A stretch of DNA of 30,704 nt from a virus (lineage: Duplodnaviria; Caudoviricetes). The notes beneath the pieces were generated by a model. The model did not search any database, had not been told where the DNA came from, and saw nothing but the letters and a program-made list of their open reading frames with translations. The position numbers were made by a program, and so were the translations under genes. Below, piece after piece: positions 25,101 to 30,704 of this stretch (the stretch's first letter is position 1; every line of letters starts with the position of its first letter). The DNA lies in IMG/VR virus record IMGVR_UViG_3300032320_000087, positions 1 to 30,704 of that record. The stretch is one strand, 5' to 3'.

Positions 25101-28100
25101 CGCATCTTGGGTTACTCAAAAAGCCAAGTCTATGTTTGACTTGTATCGTCAAAAAGGCTGGAAAAAGAACCTTTCTGATACCGAGTTAAGAGAATTAACT
25201 TTTGAAAAAGCAGTTGGTGATTATTCCCACCAAATGAAAGCCAAGACTAAAGCGTTGCCTATTACAGAGGCTCTAAAAGAACCATCTCCTAGCATCAAGG
25301 CTCGCACCCAAAACATTACTGGAGAGATCATCCCATCCGTACAAACCCCTATGGGTCAAGCGGAAGAGATGGCTTTCAAGTTTAAAGAAAAGATTACCAA
25401 GCAGATTGCTAACTCTGATGCCATTCCTAAGCTGATTGATGCTCTTGGCATTAATAGTAAGGTTAAAGTTACCGTTGGTTCTGGAGCATATGCCTCTAAG
25501 GTTAACCCTAACTTAATTGTTAAGGTCATTAGCGACAACCCAGAAGAAGCCCAACGAGATGCGTTAGATCTGGCTAACGCCATGTCTTATGTGTTTAAAC
25601 AGGATGCCACGCCTTTGTACCGTGCTGATCCTAAGTTGCTAGGACAAAATCAGCTTGGTCACAAGATTAAGTTTGATACCGCAGACATCACACCAACTCA
25701 GCAGAAGAAGATGTTGGCAATTCTGCAAAAGCGTTTAGGCGAAGATGCTGGATTTACTAAGATCAACAATACTGAGTTAGTTACAATTAACTATCGTGGT
25801 GAAGACGGCAATCCGTTCCTCACTACAGACGAAGATTTTATGAAAGGTCTTGCTGAGATTCAAGATGAACTTAGCAAGGTTTCACCAATAGAGTCCCAAG
25901 AGATGTTTGGGGCGCAATCGGAGTATCCGTACCATGACTGGAAAACAGAACCTAGTGGAGCTGGGATTATCACTCGGCTTCAAGATAGCAGACGAGACAG
26001 ACCCAATCTACGACAACAGCTTGACAATCTCGGTGAATCCTTCGTCTCTGATCTCAGAAACACCGTCAGAGAATCAGGAGCAACCCCAAGATTTAGCATA
26101 ACCGCACCCGATACCAAAGAGTTTAAACAGTGGTTTGGCAACAGCAAAGTTGTTAACTCCGATGGCAGCCCTAAAGTCTATTACCACGGCACCGCCCAAG
26201 ACATTACAGAGTTCAAGCCTAAACAGGCTAATGCAATATTCTTAACAGACAATCCAAAATTTGCTAAAGATTTTTCACAATTAAGCAAACATTACATGGA
26301 GCAAGATGCGTTTAATTCTGCCTCACAAGAGGAGAAGATAGCGCAATTACAGTCCGTCAGAAAGCTTTTGGAGGAAGATGGTAGAGATACTGACTCAATA
26401 GCAAAAGACATTAGAAAACTAAAGAAAGGCGAAAAACTACCTAGCGACTTTTATATAGCTGGCGGTTATTCCGATTTATTAGACTACGTAAACCGTGATA
26501 ATGCGGGAGCGGAAAACATTCTTCCTGTATTTGTAAAGGCAAACAATCCTTTTGACTATCAAAATATTAAAGATATTGAAAAAGTTTTAAAGGTTGCTAC
26601 CCCAGAGGAAATGCAACCTATTTTGCAAAGGGCTTCTTATAACCCAGACAGATTAAAAAGAATTATTGGCGAGGGATCTTGGAACACTATTGAGTCCCCA
26701 CAGTTTCAATCAGCAGTTAGACGTGCTGGATTTGATGGATTTTATGTAAGCGAAGGCGGTAACAAAAACCTTGCGGTCTATGATTCAAGCCAAATTAAGT
26801 CGTTTACTAACCAAGCGCCTACAGAATCTAAAGACATTCGTTTCTCTGTTGCCTTAAATAGCATTGCGCCAGACACTTTCCTTACATCTGATAAGAACCC
26901 TAATGCTCTAGGTAACCTAGGGTTTATGCCAGTTAACTCGCCATTCCCTAAACGTCCTATCCGCCTTCAGATTGGAACTAGGGGCAACGAAAAGGGCAAA
27001 GCCTACGGTGCTAAACACATCCTAGAACGTGCTTTAACAGATGTGGCGCACAGACCAGTAGCGGTTACTAAAGAAGCCCTAGAAGACACTATTCTTCATA
27101 TTGAGAGCTTGTCTAAACGCTTTAATCGTGTTTACGCAGATGGCAAGCAATTCATTCTGTATGACGCACAGACCGATGATGCAATGGTTGTAACACCAAT
27201 GAACGGTTTCTACGGTGTCACTACTATGTACAGTAATCCAAACGTACAACGTAGATACGGCAACCCTAAGTGGAGTGGCAGAAACATCCAACCACCAGTA
27301 GAAGAGACAGGATTAAAGGCTAAAGGCATTTCTGTACGTGCTACAGAAGAGGGCGACATTGTCCAGTCCGAAGTACCTAAAGCGTTTAAACAGGCTAAAG
27401 TAACTACGCCAAATCAGATTGATGAGCAAGCTCAAAACTTGCCACGTAAAACTGGTACATTAGGTGTTAAGAAGAAGTTGTCTGTAGCAACTAACGCTCC
27501 TCCACAAGGCACGTTTACAACCCTTGTTGAAAACAAAACTGCTGGTAAACGTTTAACCGATGCTATTACTGGTGTTATAGACTTGTTTAAAGACCCAGAA
27601 AAACGCATGGAAGCCCGCATAGCGTTTATTGACCCTAACTCAGCGTTAGCAAAACGGTTAGAAAATCAACCAGTTTATGATAAAAATGGTGTACTTCGTG
27701 CCGATTTGCTGGCTAGAGGCAAAGCTACCACCATCAACATCATTCGTAACGGTCTGCAAACGGGAATTCCCATCAAAAACTCTGATGGATCTGTCATCAT
27801 TGAAAGAGATGACGTAAACAACCTAGCCAACAGCCAGGCGTTAGCAGATCGTTTAAACGATAACCAATACGTAATTGACTCAAAAATCAAGGGTGGTGGT
27901 AGAGGATTTGTAGCTGAAGTGGCTCGTGCCCTCCGTGCTAAAGAAATTATAGAAGAGGATGCTGCCTTTAACAAAACAGAACCTAACCGCAAGAAACATA
28001 AAAACAGAGAAAAGCAAATCAAGATTGAACAAATCAAATGGGCGGAGCAACAACTTAAAAACGTCCCTGAGCTACAAGCAATCTTTGACATTTGGAAAAA

Positions 28101-30219
28101 CGTTAATACTGGGCTGATTAACTTGTGGGAAGACGTGGGATTGTTTAGCAAAGAACAAGCTGACAATTACCGTTCTAAGCAACACTACGTGTCTTTAGCG
28201 GCTTCGTATGCCGACCTAGAAGTGATGATGGCAAACCAGTTAGGCTTTACCGCATCAGGCTTAAAGTCCACAGGCAAAGTGCATGAGCTTAAGGGTGCTG
28301 AGTATTTGCGGGACAAGAATGGAGTCATTCAGACTGATGAAAATGGCAAGCCAATTTTGTTAGAACGCAACCTTTGGGAAAACATTGATAAACAATATGC
28401 TTCTATGTTAGCGGCTGCTTACCAAAATCAAGTACGTAAGATTGCGGTTCAACAGTTGATGGGTCATGAAGCCGCCACAATTCCAACCAGAATGAAAAAT
28501 GGTAAAGAAGTTGGAGCGCCATTAACAAAAGGTATTAACTTAAAGTACAAGGATTATGGAAATCCATTGGCTGATAAAGATGGTGTAGTTCATGCTATTG
28601 TTACTAACCCTATAGATCTAGCCGCATTTGAAACGTTCCATTATGAGTTAACCCCTTTAATGAAGTTCTTTGGTGGGGCTACTAACGTCCTCCGTGCGGG
28701 TGCCTTGCTCAACCCAATGTTTTGGATTCGTCAGCTTATCCGTGACCCAATCCATGCAACTTTGGTGGCTAATAGCGGTATCGTAACCCCATTCCACTCC
28801 GCCAAAGAGTTTATCAGCATTCTTACTAAGAACTCTCCTGAAGCCCGCATTTTGGCTGAACGTGGAGTCATTGGACAGTACGATAGCACCCTAGACTTGC
28901 ATTCTTATCTTGAGGGGGCTGGTAAAGAACAATTACCAAAAGGTAATATTAATAAGTTGTTCCATAAGTTGATGCAGTACCACGAAGCATCTGATGCCGC
29001 AACCCGTGTAGCTATCTTTAAGAAAGAAAAAGAAGCTGCCATGAAAAAGGGCATGAACGAAGAGCAAGCAACTAACCTTGCAGTTATGAAAGCTCGTGAG
29101 TCCATTAACTTTATGATTCACGGAAACTCAGAGACTTTAAATTCTCTGCGTCAGATGATTCCGTTTCTTTCTGCGTCCATTACTTCTTTAGATACCGTAT
29201 ACCGTGCAGCTACAGGTTACGGATTGTCTGGTGAAGAGAAGGCTGCTGCTAAGAAGCTGTTTAAACAACGTGCAGGTTTAATGCTCGGCAGCAGCATTGC
29301 CTACGCTATGTTGATGCAAGACGATGATGAGTACAAAAAGTTGCCTGATTATGTCAAAGATAATAACTGGCTAATTAAGAACCCAACAGGCGAAGGCTTT
29401 TTGAAAGTAGCCGTGCCGTATGAGGTTGGATTCCTGTTTAAGACATTGCCAGAGGTGGCTATACGTGGTTTGTATGGCAATTCAACAGGCAAAGAGATGC
29501 TCAAGTCTTACAAAGACGGATTCTTGCATAACTTGCCTACTGGTGGAGTTCCTATACCACAAGGCGTTAAACCACTTTTAGAAACGGTTGCTAACTACTC
29601 ATTCTTTACTGGCAATCCAATTGAGAGCATTGGCGAAAGCAGACTGCCAATTGAAATGCGTGGCAGAAACGCAAGTGAAACCGCCAAGTTCTTAAGTCAG
29701 TCTGGTTTGGGTGCAATAGGTCTGTCCCCCGCCAAAATTGATAACCTGATGCAAGGCTACCTTGCAGAGGCTGGTACATTCTCATTCTTTTTAGCCGATC
29801 AGCTTGTCACTACAGTACAAGGCAAAGAACCTACCTCTAAGAACTTGGCTAAACAACCATTCTTCAAGTCATTCCTAACTGATCCAAACTCTAATAAAGC
29901 CGTTGCCGACTTCTATCAAATAGAGCAGACCGCCAACCAAGTAGCACAAGAGTTCAGCACAATGACTAAAACTGGCTTAGGCAAAGAAGCAGTAGAGCTA
30001 ATGCAAGATGAAGACAAGCGCAAGCTAATGGCATCTGCTCCCGCTTTACGCAGAGTGGCTACATCCATGACTGCTATCCGCAAGGCAATTGAAGCCACTA
30101 ATAACAATCAAAATATCCCGCCTGATGATCGCAGAGAAATGGTTAACAAGTTGACATCTCAATACAATCGGGTGGCAGAGCAAGGTGTCAAGTTAGCAAA
30201 TACCCTAGGTATTCGATAA
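22141..30219 (+). CDS. Giant polyvalent ejection protein: membrane region, zincin, several effector modules, LPD38-like C-terminus
   Basis: 2692 aa; HESIH at 23392-23406 with EEAIAE; WFGNSKVV..YYHGT..QIKS ART-PolyVal-like; YGAKHI PBECR-like; LPDYVKDNNW..PYEVG..NYSFFTGNPI LPD38-like. Confidence 0.85.
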   Translation: MAELDDLFLALERADAAGNKEDARELAKMISMVSGGVSAPPEPSVKQNTSRLGDIATEFKQAAVGAGKSFADVFGAENAASQYLGGVQEKMGKELRPQRIEQMQNRQRIIDEAIKSGSTLEEIKAYLGGVTEAIPESIAQGVGSLVPYVGTGMLGAGARAAGLASKVIPSARAINTTLGAAQGTGAIKGSIYDTVKSELEAKGESPEVAAEKASQAQAYSLANVPQLGLGAVLGAAAGRYGAENLVTPGIINRLNAKMIPRAVTAAAAEAPFEGLQGGQEQYATNLALAREGFDVDPMQGVLGSAARDAAIGAITAAPIGAISRGEKAPPKPVLEPTKAQEAEEKEKQSDPNIYNPAVRESAPQIAAALLPEMKRFGLENVGLKVMDSIENGRADGMWANNLIHVALDKPNPMGSMRHESIHALKQLGGFQDNEWSALNNKAKGEWLKTFIKDTGKYEQYKKIYQQDNKTLAGFEDYIHEEAIAEAFRYFDKNGAPEGMIGAIYEKLKLMFEAMRNGFTGAGFQSADSIFRSIESGTREQVAPAGEVLNPARFSKPDTRRLDMNFKQVAERIPELQEAMAKMDAGKMTGAQYDKLVNRYKPIIPYDFVPTPATKAEAVDAIEDKETYGIPAKKLKEGHPVGLRLDIPAYTRKGVWVPTIHEQASGFGAGKKIGHESVAELTDATFGMSEKAAASIAGGKPKGTIATIKGNWKKSNEKTAVAKAQAALNDPAWTQVGMDPERHSYFYDRKTTQPILSADEVIQIGPLVLAKNAKFGSKKDFKYSLDNATKVEQVQFLDQEIQDLVKNVGKRIVGMKSDETLEDVKKAVAKLQQYTAEGIKGKDWYEKSAAAVLSAFNGDPILAEKFFQIIAITSANTEVGANFTKAVNGWTQFAEGRPIKVGTENENKKVDALLNFGEDWGGRKTNTFYSNLMEAMEGKDTGRSTIDLHMTRMIFGKDTPTDAQYELAENMVRLLATKAGMVPRQVQAASWVTQKAKSMFDLYRQKGWKKNLSDTELRELTFEKAVGDYSHQMKAKTKALPITEALKEPSPSIKARTQNITGEIIPSVQTPMGQAEEMAFKFKEKITKQIANSDAIPKLIDALGINSKVKVTVGSGAYASKVNPNLIVKVISDNPEEAQRDALDLANAMSYVFKQDATPLYRADPKLLGQNQLGHKIKFDTADITPTQQKKMLAILQKRLGEDAGFTKINNTELVTINYRGEDGNPFLTTDEDFMKGLAEIQDELSKVSPIESQEMFGAQSEYPYHDWKTEPSGAGIITRLQDSRRDRPNLRQQLDNLGESFVSDLRNTVRESGATPRFSITAPDTKEFKQWFGNSKVVNSDGSPKVYYHGTAQDITEFKPKQANAIFLTDNPKFAKDFSQLSKHYMEQDAFNSASQEEKIAQLQSVRKLLEEDGRDTDSIAKDIRKLKKGEKLPSDFYIAGGYSDLLDYVNRDNAGAENILPVFVKANNPFDYQNIKDIEKVLKVATPEEMQPILQRASYNPDRLKRIIGEGSWNTIESPQFQSAVRRAGFDGFYVSEGGNKNLAVYDSSQIKSFTNQAPTESKDIRFSVALNSIAPDTFLTSDKNPNALGNLGFMPVNSPFPKRPIRLQIGTRGNEKGKAYGAKHILERALTDVAHRPVAVTKEALEDTILHIESLSKRFNRVYADGKQFILYDAQTDDAMVVTPMNGFYGVTTMYSNPNVQRRYGNPKWSGRNIQPPVEETGLKAKGISVRATEEGDIVQSEVPKAFKQAKVTTPNQIDEQAQNLPRKTGTLGVKKKLSVATNAPPQGTFTTLVENKTAGKRLTDAITGVIDLFKDPEKRMEARIAFIDPNSALAKRLENQPVYDKNGVLRADLLARGKATTINIIRNGLQTGIPIKNSDGSVIIERDDVNNLANSQALADRLNDNQYVIDSKIKGGGRGFVAEVARALRAKEIIEEDAAFNKTEPNRKKHKNREKQIKIEQIKWAEQQLKNVPELQAIFDIWKNVNTGLINLWEDVGLFSKEQADNYRSKQHYVSLAASYADLEVMMANQLGFTASGLKSTGKVHELKGAEYLRDKNGVIQTDENGKPILLERNLWENIDKQYASMLAAAYQNQVRKIAVQQLMGHEAATIPTRMKNGKEVGAPLTKGINLKYKDYGNPLADKDGVVHAIVTNPIDLAAFETFHYELTPLMKFFGGATNVLRAGALLNPMFWIRQLIRDPIHATLVANSGIVTPFHSAKEFISILTKNSPEARILAERGVIGQYDSTLDLHSYLEGAGKEQLPKGNINKLFHKLMQYHEASDAATRVAIFKKEKEAAMKKGMNEEQATNLAVMKARESINFMIHGNSETLNSLRQMIPFLSASITSLDTVYRAATGYGLSGEEKAAAKKLFKQRAGLMLGSSIAYAMLMQDDDEYKKLPDYVKDNNWLIKNPTGEGFLKVAVPYEVGFLFKTLPEVAIRGLYGNSTGKEMLKSYKDGFLHNLPTGGVPIPQGVKPLLETVANYSFFTGNPIESIGESRLPIEMRGRNASETAKFLSQSGLGAIGLSPAKIDNLMQGYLAEAGTFSFFLADQLVTTVQGKEPTSKNLAKQPFFKSFLTDPNSNKAVADFYQIEQTANQVAQEFSTMTKTGLGKEAVELMQDEDKRKLMASAPALRRVATSMTAIRKAIEATNNNQNIPPDDRREMVNKLTSQYNRVAEQGVKLANTLGIR

Positions 30220-30298
30220 ATGATTCGCATTTGTCACAAAATGCATATATGATGTACGTAATTTATTGTTGTAATTCAATAATTTACGGAGGCTTTTG

Positions 30299-30704
30299 AT
30301 GGCAAAGTATTTCCTTACAGATGATCAGTTCATAGAATCTTGGTTAAAATTAGGTAGTCCGCAAAAATTTGCGGCAGAACACCAGATGGATGTCCGTTCT
30401 GTGTACAACAGAAGACGGTCTATTGAAAATAGATTAAAGATCCAACTACCAACCCTAGACGATAATAGGTTTTCCCCCCTTAAAAAACTAGAACAAGTCA
30501 TAGGCAACGCTAGACGTGGCATAGAGATGGAAAAAGGCAGAGTCGTAGTGTTCTCAGACGCTCATTTTTGGCCCGACCAGTACACTACCGCCTACAAAGC
30601 TCTTCTAATGATCATTAAAGAGTTCCGACCTAAAGTGGTTATCGCTAATGGGGATATTTTTGACGGCAGTCAAAACAGTAGGCATCCAAGGATTGGCTGG
30701 ACAC
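30299..30704 (+). CDS. Calcineurin-like metallophosphoesterase with N-terminal HTH; partial, not in the ORF track
   Basis: GGAGG RBS at 30288-30292; translation MAKYFLTDDQFIESW..VRSVYNRRRSIE..VVFSDAHFWP..IANGDIFDG contains the DxH and GDxxD motifs; frame is open to the window end. Confidence 0.85.
   Translation, partial: MAKYFLTDDQFIESWLKLGSPQKFAAEHQMDVRSVYNRRRSIENRLKIQLPTLDDNRFSPLKKLEQVIGNARRGIEMEKGRVVVFSDAHFWPDQYTTAYKALLMIIKEFRPKVVIANGDIFDGSQNSRHPRIGWT

Noticed and set aside
22141-30219. Giant protein as virion RNA polymerase (N4 or crAss type)
   Set aside because: I found no DxDxD or T7-like polymerase motif set; the motifs fit polyvalent-protein domains instead.
80-30522. Numerous minus-strand ORFs in the track (e.g. 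80..451, 1167..1565, 27675..28166, 30325..30522)
   Set aside because: They are antisense shadows of well-supported + strand genes and show no motifs.
1-30704. tRNA, integrase, IS, intron/intein, or stop-codon recoding
   Set aside because: None recognised; genes pack end to end under the standard code with almost no unexplained intergenic space.

Overview
The window is the virion morphogenesis and lysis arm of a tailed dsDNA phage with podovirus-like architecture, probably from an aquatic (freshwater-type) proteobacterial host, although host and habitat are inference. All credible genes lie on the + strand and are tightly packed, often with ATGA/TAATG overlaps. The order is: a cluster of small Lys/Gly-rich proteins; two paralogous head-tail adaptor-like proteins; a set of fibre/appendage proteins (22-aa repeat protein, Gly-rich/LamG/SPRY fibre and chaperones); a 3TM holin and GH19 endolysin; a tail nozzle; ejection proteins (one with an SLT lytic transglycosylase); a 2692-aa polyvalent ejection protein; and the start of an HTH-metallophosphoesterase gene. 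The most striking signals are two apparent peptide codes that gene labels do not explain. (1) The giant protein is a cassette: a zincin (HESIH) domain is followed by four putative effector modules, each bounded by a [RK]-[FYL]-S tripeptide, which suggests an injected self-processing anti-host polyprotein. (2) A Phi-x-x-G-G motif and an R-[AG]-x-G-x-x-x-[KR]-G-K-T tag recur across otherwise unrelated small basic and ejection proteins, which suggests a capsid cargo-loading and cleavage system. Two clean apparent gene fissions (DUF5872-like protein and tail fibre) and nested domain insertions are also visible. All family assignments come from motif recognition by eye; no searches were run.
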